DNA of 64,000 nt from Cytophagales bacterium (GTDB taxonomy: Bacteria > Bacteroidota > Bacteroidia > Cytophagales > Thermoflexibacteraceae). A model generated the notes under the pieces. That model was not told the origin of the DNA, ran no database searches, and saw only the letters and a list, made by a program, of their open reading frames with translations. The stretch spans positions 1 through 64,000 of the forward strand of contig JAAFKA010000014.1 of the NCBI GenBank assembly GCA_013299115.1. Direction: 5' to 3'. Made by a program: the position numbers and the translations under genes. Below, piece by piece: positions 29,741-39,971 of this stretch (positions within the stretch are counted from its first letter, which is position 1; every line of letters starts with the position of its first letter).

Positions 29741-29775
29741 TCCCCTTTCCAAAAGCCATTTACCTTTTGGAAAGG
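29741..29775. terminator. Terminator-like hairpin (ccctttccaaaag / cttttggaaaggg) followed by a T-rich tract
   Basis: 13-bp stem with a 9-nt loop. Confidence 0.3.
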
Positions 29776-30428
29776 GCTTTTATTTCCCTAACAAAGCCTC
29801 TATTTCTTGTTTTAATTTTGGCAAATGTTTGATGACAACAGCCCAAGTATCAAGCAGGTATTTCTGTTCTTTTTCGGTCATAAACTAGCTGTTTAGTACG
29901 GTTTACGGACTGTTCAAAATAATAATTCTTAAATGGTCTGTTTCTCAACACATCTACTTTTCGTTTAAAAAGCTAAATCTTTCTCAAAAGGTTTGATAGG
30001 TAAAGGCAAATTGGAGTTAAACATTGGCTGTATTGTTAATTTTTGCTACTACAAATTTACACTAAAAAACTACATTTTTTGCAAACCCACCCAAAATTTC
30101 CTATCTTTGTTTTAGACTAAATTTTATGTTTGCACTAATTATTGTAACTTGGCTAATAAAATCATAAAGCTATGCGCGTAACCCAAAATATAGAAGCCCA
30201 AAAATTGTGGCTCATTCAACAACTTTTATTGGTGCAAGCTATGGTTGCAAACCCTGCCAATAGTTATTTTGATGCGAATTTGGAATTTTTATAGTTGTTG
30301 TTTTGTTTTGGACTCTGCAAGGTAGTCTAAAAAAGTAAAAAATTGATTAGTACTCCAAAGGCACTAAGTTCACAAAGAAAAATTTAAAATTTGCAGATTC
30401 AAAACTAAAAATTCAACATTAGAAAAAA

Positions 30429-32219
30429 ATGTCTTCTATCAAATCCTTAGCTTACGTCAATAAACACTTGCTCAAATACAAATCCTATTTGCTTTGGGGA
30501 ATTTTATTTGTCATTTTGTCCAACATTTTTGCTATTATCCCCGCCCAAGTAGTTCGCCATGCTTTCGATTTGGTAAATGATACCATTTCCATTTTTCACC
30601 TGTTTCGTGGCACAACAGCCGAAAACAGCCTGTACGATATTTTTGGGGCTGCGGTGCTTACGTATGGCATTTTGATAGTGGTGATGGCACTAACCAGAGG
30701 GGTGTTTTTGTTTTTTATGCGACAAACCATTATAGTCATGTCCCGTTTGGTGGAGTTTGATATGAAAAACGAAATTTATGCTCACTACCAAACCTTGCCG
30801 TTGAGTTTTTACCGCAAAAATAATACAGGGGATTTAATGGCGAGAATCTCCGAAGACGTGGGGCAGGTGCGTATGTATGTAGGTCCCGCCATTATGTATG
30901 GCATTAATATGTTGGGTTCTACAGTCTTAATCATTGGCTATATGCTCATAGTCAATGAAAAACTAACTTTTTATACTTTGTTGCCGCTGCCTTTGCTCTC
31001 TATTAGCATTTTTTATGTCAATAATTGGATAAATAAATATTCGAGCCAAATTCAGAAAAATTTGTCGGCAATGTCCACCTTTGTTCAGGAATCTTTTGCG
31101 GGCATCAGGGTTATCAAATCTTTTGCGAGGGAGGAAAACTATTACCAAAATTTCACGAAAGCAAGCAACGAATACAAAAAACAATCCTTAAAATTAGCCT
31201 TTGTCAATGCTTTGTTCTTGCCTTTGATTCTGACTTTGGTGGGTTTCAGTACCATTATGGTTGTGTATATTGGCGGTATTGAGGTCATAGAAGGCACTGT
31301 TACAACGGGCAATATAGCCGAATTTGTGATTTATGTCAATATGCTTACTTGGCCTGTTACCTCTTTGGGTTGGATTTCGAGCATAGCCCAACGTGCTGCC
31401 GTATCGCAAGACCGTATCAATGAATTTTTGCACACCAAAACCGATATTGTTTCTACGCACCACCTCAAAAACGACATTCAGGGTAGCATTACGTTCAAAG
31501 ACGTAAATTTGACCTACCCCGATTCAGGTATTCACGCCTTGCAACACATCAACCTCTCTGTAAAAGCTGGCGAAAGTTTGGCTATTTTAGGCACAACAGG
31601 TGCAGGCAAAAGCAGCATTGCCAATTTGATTTGTCGATTGTATGATACTTCGCAAGGAGAAGTTTTGATAGACGGAGTCAATATCAAACAATATGACGTG
31701 CCTCACCTCCGTTCTCAAATTGGCTATGTGCCACAAGACGTATTTTTGTTTTCGGAAAGTATCCAAAACAATATTGTCTTTGGCTCCGAACACTTAACAG
31801 AGGAAGAAGTAATGGAGGCTGCAAAAAATGCCGACCTCTACGATAATGTCAAAGATTTTCCACAAGGTTTTGCCACCGAATTAGGCGAAAGAGGAATTAC
31901 TTTGTCGGGTGGGCAAAAGCAACGCACTTCCATTGCAAGGGCTATTATTCGCAACCCAAAAATCTTGATTCTCGATGACTGTCTTTCTGCCGTTGATACC
32001 AAAACCGAAAACAGTATTCTCAATAATTTGAGCCGAATCATGGTCAATCGTACTTCGGTTATCATTTCGCACAGAGTTTCGTCTGCAAAATTGGCTGACA
32101 AAATCGTAGTGTTAGATGGCGGAAAAATAGTGCAAACAGGTACGCACAGCAGTTTGTCGGCAGAGGAAGGGTTATATAAAGAATTGTACGAAAAACAATT
32201 ACAAGGCGAGGAGCAATGA
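30429..32219 (+). CDS. ABC transporter permease/ATP-binding protein, MsbA-like exporter
   Basis: Six-TM N-terminal half. Walker A GTTGAGKSS, signature LSGGQKQR, Walker B ILILDD. Confidence 0.85.
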   Translation: MSSIKSLAYVNKHLLKYKSYLLWGILFVILSNIFAIIPAQVVRHAFDLVNDTISIFHLFRGTTAENSLYDIFGAAVLTYGILIVVMALTRGVFLFFMRQTIIVMSRLVEFDMKNEIYAHYQTLPLSFYRKNNTGDLMARISEDVGQVRMYVGPAIMYGINMLGSTVLIIGYMLIVNEKLTFYTLLPLPLLSISIFYVNNWINKYSSQIQKNLSAMSTFVQESFAGIRVIKSFAREENYYQNFTKASNEYKKQSLKLAFVNALFLPLILTLVGFSTIMVVYIGGIEVIEGTVTTGNIAEFVIYVNMLTWPVTSLGWISSIAQRAAVSQDRINEFLHTKTDIVSTHHLKNDIQGSITFKDVNLTYPDSGIHALQHINLSVKAGESLAILGTTGAGKSSIANLICRLYDTSQGEVLIDGVNIKQYDVPHLRSQIGYVPQDVFLFSESIQNNIVFGSEHLTEEEVMEAAKNADLYDNVKDFPQGFATELGERGITLSGGQKQRTSIARAIIRNPKILILDDCLSAVDTKTENSILNNLSRIMVNRTSVIISHRVSSAKLADKIVVLDGGKIVQTGTHSSLSAEEGLYKELYEKQLQGEEQ

Positions 32220-33226
32220 AAGACCAACTCAATTTGCTAAATAAACTAACCGCAAAAAAAATCTACAATGCGTGGCAGGTGCTGTCGAGTTATTACCAAT
32301 CGCAGCACCTCCACCAAAACCACCACAGGGGTTTGCCTATCAGCCTTGCCATTGAGCCTACTACGTCTTGCAACCTTCGCTGTCCCGAATGTCCCAGTGG
32401 GCTGCGGTCTTTTACCCGACCAACAGGAATGTTGCCCGAAAATCTGTTTAAGCAAGTGATAGATGAGTTGCAAAGCACCTTGCTTTACCTCACATTTTAT
32501 TTTCAGGGAGAACCTTATTTGCACCCAAAATTTACAGAATTGGTGCAGTATGCAGCCCAAAGAGGAATTTATACCTCTACCTCTACCAATGCTCACTACC
32601 TCACAGACGACAATGCCCGCAAAACCATAGAGTCGGGCTTAGACAGGTTGATTATTTCCATCGATGGCACCACACAGGAAACTTACAAGCAATACAGAGT
32701 CGGCGGCAACTTGGAAAAAGTAATAGAAGGCACAAAAAATATTTTGCGTTGGAAAAAAGAACTCAAAAGCAAAACACCGCATACAATTTTCCAATTTTTG
32801 GTAGTGAAACCCAACGAACACCAAATTCCCGAAGTGTATCAATTAGCCAAAACATTAGGAATAGACGAAGTAAAGCTAAAAACAGCCCAAATTTACGACT
32901 TCGAGCAAGGCTCGCCGTTGATACCCACCATAGACCGTTATTCTCGATACCGCAAAAACGGAAACGGCACGTACAGCATCAAAAACAGTTTAGAAAATGG
33001 CTGTTGGCGTATGTGGCAATCTTGCGTCATCACTTGGAATGGCAGCGTAGTGCCTTGCTGTTTCGATAAAGATGCCCACTATGTTTTGGGAGATTTGCAA
33101 CAGCAAAGTTTCAAAAATATATGGCAAAGTGCTGCCTATCAAGAGTTTAGGCAGCAACTCCTTATCTCCCGTTCACAAATAGAAATGTGTAAAAATTGCA
33201 CCGAAGGAACTAAGGTTTTTGCGTAG
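32216..33226 (+). CDS. radical SAM protein with a C-terminal SPASM/twitch-like Cys cluster
   Basis: CNLRCPECP (CxxxCxxC) motif. C-terminal CWRMWQSCVITWNGSVVPCCFDKDAHYVLGDL ... CKNCTEG. The start overlaps the ABC gene stop by 4 bp. Confidence 0.75.
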   Translation: MKDQLNLLNKLTAKKIYNAWQVLSSYYQSQHLHQNHHRGLPISLAIEPTTSCNLRCPECPSGLRSFTRPTGMLPENLFKQVIDELQSTLLYLTFYFQGEPYLHPKFTELVQYAAQRGIYTSTSTNAHYLTDDNARKTIESGLDRLIISIDGTTQETYKQYRVGGNLEKVIEGTKNILRWKKELKSKTPHTIFQFLVVKPNEHQIPEVYQLAKTLGIDEVKLKTAQIYDFEQGSPLIPTIDRYSRYRKNGNGTYSIKNSLENGCWRMWQSCVITWNGSVVPCCFDKDAHYVLGDLQQQSFKNIWQSAAYQEFRQQLLISRSQIEMCKNCTEGTKVFA

Positions 33227-34277
33227 TAGTTAGCATCTCCATACATTTGTCAAATACCTCTTGGCTACTAATACCAAAATCTCTGACCTCACTTTCTTTG
33301 TTCCAAGTAGGATTTTTTAGGTGAAAGTGGTCTGGAAAATAGCCCGCAGGCGACCAAACCGAAGGTTCACTGGGACCAATAAGGCACAAAGCTGGTGTTT
33401 TGGTGGCACAAGAAAGGTGGTTGATAGCCCCTTCGTTGCAGATTAACAAATTGATTTTTTCTAAAAAAGCAGCCAATTCACGCAATGTGGGACTTTGAGG
33501 AGATAACAACAATCGAGGATGTGCTATTTTTTGCATCACTTGTTTCAAATGACTCCGTTCGGAGGGAGCAGAAAAAAGTATGATATAACTTGCGGTTTGC
33601 TCAAGAATTTTGCTAATCAATTCGATAAAACCTGCCTCGTGCCATTTTTTTTGTTGGTCTTTGCAGCTTATCTCCATACCTATTACTTTTTTTCCTTCTA
33701 ATTGGTTGGTTTGCCAAAAATCGTGTGCCATTACCTTTCCTTTTGCCGAAACCTTAATTGTGAGTTCGTACTTATTTGTATAAATGCCCAAAGGCTGCAT
33801 CAAAAGCAGATTTCTTACGGCACTGTATAGATTGGGGGCAGGTGGTGCCTCAAGATTAAAAAGGAAAGACCATTTAGAATTGCCCCAAGTTACTCGATAC
33901 TTTGCATTAGAAAAAAGTACAAATAAAGCAGATTCTGTTCCGTTTTGTTGGTCTATAATCAAATCGTATTGTTCTTTTCTTACTTGCAGCCAAGCACGCA
34001 ACTGAAAAAACTTGCCAATGCCTCTTTCATAAGGAATATTGATAATTTTGTCTATCAGTGGATGTTCTTCTATAACCGTATGAAAAGGTGTATTGCAAAG
34101 GTAGTGAATTTTAGCAGCAGGATACTTTTCTTTTAATGCAGCCAAATAAGAGGTAGCCAATAAGACATCTCCAAATGGACGAAATTGGAGAACAAGTATT
34201 TTGTGAAGTTGCATAGTATAACGAGTTTTTGTAAACGAAAACAACAAAATTGGTTGTAAAACAGTAATAAAATGCAA
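33210..34277 (-). CDS. glycosyltransferase family 9 (heptosyltransferase-like)
   Basis: 355 aa with a GT9-like architecture. Confidence 0.65.
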   Translation of the reverse strand: MHFITVLQPILLFSFTKTRYTMQLHKILVLQFRPFGDVLLATSYLAALKEKYPAAKIHYLCNTPFHTVIEEHPLIDKIINIPYERGIGKFFQLRAWLQVRKEQYDLIIDQQNGTESALFVLFSNAKYRVTWGNSKWSFLFNLEAPPAPNLYSAVRNLLLMQPLGIYTNKYELTIKVSAKGKVMAHDFWQTNQLEGKKVIGMEISCKDQQKKWHEAGFIELISKILEQTASYIILFSAPSERSHLKQVMQKIAHPRLLLSPQSPTLRELAAFLEKINLLICNEGAINHLSCATKTPALCLIGPSEPSVWSPAGYFPDHFHLKNPTWNKESEVRDFGISSQEVFDKCMEMLTTTQKP

Positions 34278-34464
34278 AGATAATACATTATTTTTATTTT
34301 ACTGTTCAAAAATTATTTTATTGCCCTGTTGGTACAAAAGCCCCCCAATAATTGTATGCTCTTACATTTTTATTTTTGCGTAAATCCCAAAAAAGTAATA
34401 TTTTTGTAAACCAAATTGAATATACTAAAAGTATTAAATTGTTTTACTCTAAAAATTTAATAAG

Positions 34465-35106
34465 ATGACAACCACAACTACTTTATACACCAAAATTGAG
34501 TATGACAAAATTTGTGAGTTTGCGGGTAGTCATTTTGAGTATGACGATGGGCTAATTGTTTGGAAATACAACGGACAAGTCATTGAAGACGAAATTCTAA
34601 CCAAACTCCTAAACCAAGAAGACATACAAATTTATTCAGAAATGGCAACTCACAAACACAACAAAATTATACGCAACCTACATAGTAGATTGTTTAGAGG
34701 TTTAGATGAAAAACTTTTTTCAATCTATACCAACACTGTACATATTGCGATTATTATTAGTGGCAAAGAAAAAATCCGTATTTCTGATGTTACAGTAGTG
34801 CCTAAAAAAGAAATTTTGACACCTAATCAAGAAGTTACTAATCCTCTCATTATTTTCGAAATCGTATCGCCAAGTTCTGTGCAGACAGATTATATAGACA
34901 AATTGCGTGAATATAAGGCAATAGAAAGTTTACAAGAATATATTATTGTAGAGCAAGATAAAAATTGTTTGGTGCATTACCAAAGAATTAGTGCTACGGA
35001 GTGGACAGAGGATAAGATAGAAACTTATGAAGATTATTTATATTTACCAACAGTTTCAATTAGATTAGCAATGCAAGAGATTTATGCAGATTGTGAGGGG
35101 CTGTAA
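34465..35106 (+). CDS. Uma2 family endonuclease (DUF820)
   Basis: PLIIFEIVSPSS...DKLREYKAIESLQEYIIVEQD matches the Uma2 core motif. Confidence 0.65.
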   Translation: MTTTTTLYTKIEYDKICEFAGSHFEYDDGLIVWKYNGQVIEDEILTKLLNQEDIQIYSEMATHKHNKIIRNLHSRLFRGLDEKLFSIYTNTVHIAIIISGKEKIRISDVTVVPKKEILTPNQEVTNPLIIFEIVSPSSVQTDYIDKLREYKAIESLQEYIIVEQDKNCLVHYQRISATEWTEDKIETYEDYLYLPTVSIRLAMQEIYADCEGL

Positions 35107-35191
35107 AAAAATAGTTGTTTGTCAGGATACAAACAATAGCAGAGCAATGACTAACAATTAAGAACTTACAATTAACAACCATTTATTTTCT

Positions 35192-36346
35192 ATGCAAAAA
35201 ACGGCTTATTTTATTTTCATTTTTATCATTTTTGTTGCCACAGCTTGTTCTTCGGGCAAGACGGCTTTGCAACAAGGCAACTACGAGGAGGCTGTTTTGA
35301 AGGCAGTCAATCGGCTGCGGAGTAGCCCCGACAATAAAAAGGCAAGAGAAACCTTGCAACAAGCCTACCCTTTGGCTTTGAATTGGAACAGGTCAAACAT
35401 AGACAGGCTAAAATATTCTAACGAAAAATTTAAGTGGGAAAGCATTGCAAGGTCTTACGACAACCTGAACAGATTGTATGATGAGATGATGCGTTGTCCT
35501 GCTTGTTTGCAACTTTTTCCGCAACCCCAATCTTACCTGAACGAAGGCAACGAGGCACGCAATTTGGCTGCTGCCGAAAGATACGAAACTGCTGATAGGT
35601 TGTTGGTAGAAAACCCACGCAATAGAATGGCTGCAAAAGAGGCTTTTATGCACTTTGCCACTGCCGAAAACTTAGTGCCGAACTACAAAGATACACGCAA
35701 ACGTATGGAAGAAGCACGTTTTTTAGCTACGTTGAAAATTGTGGTTGAGCAAGTGCCTGTGGCATCGAGGTTTTACCAACTAAGTGATGAGTTTTTTAGA
35801 AACAAGATTTACCAATACATCACTACCAATCCGCGCATGAATGAATTTGTGCGTTTTTATACACCCCAAGAAGCCCAAATACAAGGTTTGACAGCACCCG
35901 ACCAGATTGTAAGGTTGCAATTTGACGATTTTGTGGTAGGGGCAACGGCTATGACTTCCAACACCGAAACATTTACAAGCAAAGACAGCGTAAAGGTGGG
36001 CGAAGTGAAGGTAGAGGGCAAAAAAATAGATGTTTTCAACAAAGTTACGGCAAAAGTAACAACCAACCGCAAAACAGTGATTTCTAAGGGTTTGCTCGAT
36101 ATGCAAATTCTCGATGCTTATACCAATGCAGTGGTTTATCAAGACAAAATGGTGGGCGAATTTGTTTGGTTTTCTGAATGGGGCAATTTCAATGGCGATG
36201 AAAGGGCTTTGACTAAGGAGCAACGCCAACTTTGCAACCGCAGAGAAGTGCCACCACCTCCGCCACAAGAATTGTTTATTGAGTTTTGCAGACCTTTGTA
36301 TGACCAAGCTACAAATAAAATTCGCAATTTTTACAAAAATTATTAA
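35192..36346 (+). CDS. hypothetical lipoprotein (384 aa)
   Basis: Signal peptide with a Cys lipobox (VATACSSG). Confidence 0.5.
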   Translation: MQKTAYFIFIFIIFVATACSSGKTALQQGNYEEAVLKAVNRLRSSPDNKKARETLQQAYPLALNWNRSNIDRLKYSNEKFKWESIARSYDNLNRLYDEMMRCPACLQLFPQPQSYLNEGNEARNLAAAERYETADRLLVENPRNRMAAKEAFMHFATAENLVPNYKDTRKRMEEARFLATLKIVVEQVPVASRFYQLSDEFFRNKIYQYITTNPRMNEFVRFYTPQEAQIQGLTAPDQIVRLQFDDFVVGATAMTSNTETFTSKDSVKVGEVKVEGKKIDVFNKVTAKVTTNRKTVISKGLLDMQILDAYTNAVVYQDKMVGEFVWFSEWGNFNGDERALTKEQRQLCNRREVPPPPPQELFIEFCRPLYDQATNKIRNFYKNY

Positions 36347-36357
36347 TAAATAAACCA

Positions 36358-37230
36358 ATGCAATACAGAGGAACAGGCATTGCCCTTGTTACACCGTTTG
36401 ACGAGCAAGGACAGATAGACTACAACGGACTTCTCCGACTCCTGCAACACACCCAAGACCATGTAGCGTATTGGGTGGTGCATGGCACTACGGGTGAAAC
36501 AGCAACCACCACAGCCAAAGAAAGAGCTGCCATAGCTGATTTTATTCGCAAAAATAACCCCAAAAACAAGACCTTAGTGTATGGTTTGGGTGGCAACAAT
36601 ACGCAGCACATTCTCGAGGAGATGAAAGAAATAGACTTTTCGGGTTTTTCGGCTATTCTTTCTGTTTCGCCTTACTATAACAAACCTTCGCAAGAAGGCA
36701 TTTACCAGCATTATGTAACCCTTGCCAATGCTGCACCTTTGCCCATTATTTTGTATAATGTGCCTGGTCGTACCATGTCAAACCTCACCGCAGCCACTAC
36801 TTTGCGGTTGGCAGCACATAAAAACATCATTGGGATTAAAGAAGCATCGGGCAATATGGAGCAATGTATGCGAATAGCAAAGGACAAACCAGCCGATTTT
36901 TTGCTCATTTCGGGTGATGATTTGCTTACTGTTCCCTTAATTTCTATTGGTGCTGCGGGTGTAATTTCTGTCTTGGCAAATGCTTTTCCGCAAGATTTTG
37001 GCTCAATGGTAAGAGAGGCTTTGGCAGGAGATTTTGCAAAGGCAAGCCAAAAACTATACAACTTTTTGGAAATCAACGACTTCATGTATGTAGAAAGTAA
37101 TCCTGTAGGCGTAAAACAAGCCCTTGATTTATTGGGAGTTTGCTCGCCTTATGTGAGGTTGCCTTTGCTCAAAGCAAGTCCTGAACTGAAAGAAAAAATT
37201 AAGAAAGTAGTTAGTCAGTTGGAAAATTAG
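36358..37230 (+). CDS. dapA: 4-hydroxy-tetrahydrodipicolinate synthase
   Basis: GIALVTPF, YNVPGRT motifs and the protein length. Confidence 0.9.
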   Translation: MQYRGTGIALVTPFDEQGQIDYNGLLRLLQHTQDHVAYWVVHGTTGETATTTAKERAAIADFIRKNNPKNKTLVYGLGGNNTQHILEEMKEIDFSGFSAILSVSPYYNKPSQEGIYQHYVTLANAAPLPIILYNVPGRTMSNLTAATTLRLAAHKNIIGIKEASGNMEQCMRIAKDKPADFLLISGDDLLTVPLISIGAAGVISVLANAFPQDFGSMVREALAGDFAKASQKLYNFLEINDFMYVESNPVGVKQALDLLGVCSPYVRLPLLKASPELKEKIKKVVSQLEN

Positions 37231-37330
37231 TAAGTTTTCAGTTAGTAAATTAGTAAATTGTTGTGTGGAGTTTACTAATTTACTTATGAAATAAAGTTTT
37301 TTTGCTACTTTCGCAATCAAACAAAGGAAA

Positions 37331-39595
37331 ATGTCCAAATCAGTATTCTTACTTATACTATGCTGTTTCATTGCTATTTATAGCCACGCCCAAAATAAAA
37401 AAATTCTGGATAGTTTGACTGTTGTCTATCAAAATACAACCTCGGATACTTCCAAAATTCTCATACTGTTGCAAATAGCCTTTGAATATAAGCGAAGCAA
37501 CCCCGATACTTGCATTGCCCTTGCCCAAAAAGCCTTAAATTTGAGTGAAAAAGCAAAATATGAGCATGGAAAAGGAGAAAGTTATCATCATTTGGGTTTG
37601 GGGCATGACTATAAAAATGCTTACCCAATGGCTTTGGACTACTTCCAAAAAAGTTTGGCTATCAAAACAAGGTTAAAAGATAAACAAGGTGCTTCCAAAA
37701 GTCTGAACAATATTGGCATTATTTACGACATACAGGGCAATTATCCGTTGGCGTTGGCGTATTTCCAAAAAAGCCTGAAAATGCGGGAGGAATTAGGCGA
37801 CAAAGTGTTGATTGCAGCAAGTTTAAACAATATTGGGGGCATTTATGATATGTTGGGTAACTATCCGTTGGCGTTGGAGTATCACCAAAAAAGCCTGAAA
37901 CTGAAAGAGGAACTGCACGACCTACGGGGAATTGCTATTAGTTTTAACAACATTGGCAGCATTTATGAAATTCAAAGAAAATATGCCATTGCCTTAACTT
38001 ATTACAAAAAAAGCCTGAAAATAAAAGAACAACAGGGGGACAAACAAGGAATTTCGGCAAGTCTAAACAATATTGGAGGCATTTATGACCTGCAAGGCAA
38101 CTATGATTTGGCTTTGGAATATCACCAAAAAAGCCTACAACTCAAAGAGGAACTAAACGACAGGCTGGGGCTTACACACAGTTTCAACAGTTTGGCACAG
38201 GTCTATCAAAAGCAAAAAGACTACAACAAAAGCATAGCGTATGCCCAAAAAGGCTTAGAAATAGCCCAAAAAATAGAAGCTTTGGCAGAAATTCAGGCAA
38301 TTAGCCAAACTTTATACACAACTTGTAAACTAAAAGGTGATTATGCACAGGCTTTGCAATATCACGAACTATACAAAACAGCTAACGATAGCCTTTTTAG
38401 TGTAGAAAAAAATACTGCAATAGAGAGTTTGGAAGCAAAAACAAACATAGAACGGAAGGAGAAAGAAATTGCAATTCTGAATAAAAATCAAGAAATTTTA
38501 GAAACTGCCAAAACTTTTCAGCAACGTATCAATTATTTGGTGCTGGCGGCTTTGGGGGCTGTATTGGTGTTGGCTTATTTTATCTACCGCAGTCGCCAGC
38601 AAGAGAAAACCGCAAAAGAGGAAACCCAGCAGATAAACGAGGAACTGCGGACTATTTTGCTTACCGTCAATGAACAAAAAGACAAAATAGAACAGACTTT
38701 GGCGATTGTCAATAGCCAAAAAACTATTATTGAGCAAAAAAATGAGAATATTATTGCCTCTATCAATTATGCCTTGCGGATACAAAACGCCATTATTCCC
38801 AAAGAAACAGAGTTGCAAAAACACTTAGACTGTTTTGTGTTTTTCCGCCCTCTGGATATTGTAAGCGGAGATTTTTATTGGTTTGCAGAGAAAGAAAACA
38901 CCAAAATCTTAGTCGTTGGCGACTGCACAGGGCATGGCGTATCGGGTGCTTTTATGACCATGATTGCCAATGATTTGCTCAACCAAATTGTCCAGAACTA
39001 CGAAATTCACCAGCCCGATGTCATACTCAACCAAATGCAGGTGCTGCTACACAAGGTTTTTGCGGTTTCTGAACAGGAAATAGCCGATGGAATGGATATG
39101 GCTGTCATTGTTATCCAAACCTTACAAGGTCTTGAAGACCTTGTAAGGTTTAGGGTAGCCTATTCGGGTGCAAAAATACCCCTGTATTGGGCAACCACCA
39201 ACAGAGAAACCCAACAGACTGAACTGCACGAAATCAAGGCAGACCGAATAGCACTGACGGGAGGGCAGCAAAACGTGGCACACCAATATACGTTGCATAC
39301 ACTTGGCTATCAGGCAGTTAGGGCAGATACAGACAACGAAAATTTTGTTACCATGCCCCAAAACGCCGAAGTAAATTTTTATCTCTGTTCTGATGGCTAT
39401 CAAGACCAATTTGGGTCAGAAACTAAGAAAAAGTTGCTCTCTGCCAATCTCAAAAAAATATTGTTGGAGGCTGCTCCCTTGCCAATAGCACAACAAAAAA
39501 TGATGGTAAGTGAAAAATTTTATGAGTGGAAAAGAGATTACAAACAAATAGATGATGTGTTGGTGGTGGGGGTGAAGCTGCAAGTTTCCCATTAG
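37331..39595 (+). CDS. TPR-repeat sensor with a TM helix and a C-terminal PP2C/SpoIIE-type serine phosphatase domain
   Basis: N-terminal TPR array paralogous to the 41030 gene, followed by a coiled coil, a TM segment and then SGDFYWF...VGDCTGHGVSGAFMTM, the SpoIIE/PP2C signature. Confidence 0.8.
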   Translation: MSKSVFLLILCCFIAIYSHAQNKKILDSLTVVYQNTTSDTSKILILLQIAFEYKRSNPDTCIALAQKALNLSEKAKYEHGKGESYHHLGLGHDYKNAYPMALDYFQKSLAIKTRLKDKQGASKSLNNIGIIYDIQGNYPLALAYFQKSLKMREELGDKVLIAASLNNIGGIYDMLGNYPLALEYHQKSLKLKEELHDLRGIAISFNNIGSIYEIQRKYAIALTYYKKSLKIKEQQGDKQGISASLNNIGGIYDLQGNYDLALEYHQKSLQLKEELNDRLGLTHSFNSLAQVYQKQKDYNKSIAYAQKGLEIAQKIEALAEIQAISQTLYTTCKLKGDYAQALQYHELYKTANDSLFSVEKNTAIESLEAKTNIERKEKEIAILNKNQEILETAKTFQQRINYLVLAALGAVLVLAYFIYRSRQQEKTAKEETQQINEELRTILLTVNEQKDKIEQTLAIVNSQKTIIEQKNENIIASINYALRIQNAIIPKETELQKHLDCFVFFRPLDIVSGDFYWFAEKENTKILVVGDCTGHGVSGAFMTMIANDLLNQIVQNYEIHQPDVILNQMQVLLHKVFAVSEQEIADGMDMAVIVIQTLQGLEDLVRFRVAYSGAKIPLYWATTNRETQQTELHEIKADRIALTGGQQNVAHQYTLHTLGYQAVRADTDNENFVTMPQNAEVNFYLCSDGYQDQFGSETKKKLLSANLKKILLEAAPLPIAQQKMMVSEKFYEWKRDYKQIDDVLVVGVKLQVSH

Positions 39596-39640
39596 TAAAT
39601 CCTCAGGACAATAATTGTTAAGCACCTGCATAACCCTCTA

Positions 39641-39934
39641 TTGCAAACTACTATTTCTCTCCATAATTTTAGTGTATTCTCTGATGCTACTAAATTCGTG
39701 CAAATCGGAGTTGCGGACACAGGCGTAGGCATGAGTGCCGAACAGATGGGCAAACTGTTCAAACAAGCCACTTCTTTTACAACCTACGGCACCAGTGGCG
39801 AAAAAGGTACAGGCTTAGGCTTGCTATTCTGCCAAGAAATGGCGGAGAAAAACGGAGGCAAAATTTGGGTGGAAAGTGAGCAAGGCAGAGGCACTACGTT
39901 TTGGTTTACGGTGGCAATAAAGTTAGCAAGTTAG
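39641..39934 (+). pseudogene. Orphan duplicate of the 3' end (HATPase_c G1/G2 boxes) of the TPR histidine-kinase gene
   Basis: 39677-39934 is about 98% identical at the nucleotide level to 43703-43960. It encodes only DTGVGM...GTGLGL...FWFTV, without HisKA or N-box. Confidence 0.75.
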
Positions 39935-39971
39935 TGATTATCAAATCATTAACTTACTAACCTACAACTTG

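Noticed and set aside
30170-30292. 40-aa ORF (MRVTQNIEAQKLWLIQQLLLVQAMVANPANSYFDANLEFL) upstream of the ABC and radical SAM genes as a possible precursor peptide
   Set aside because: It has no Cys, Ser or Thr-rich core and no conserved leader features. It is retained only as a low-confidence note under the ABC/radical SAM finding.
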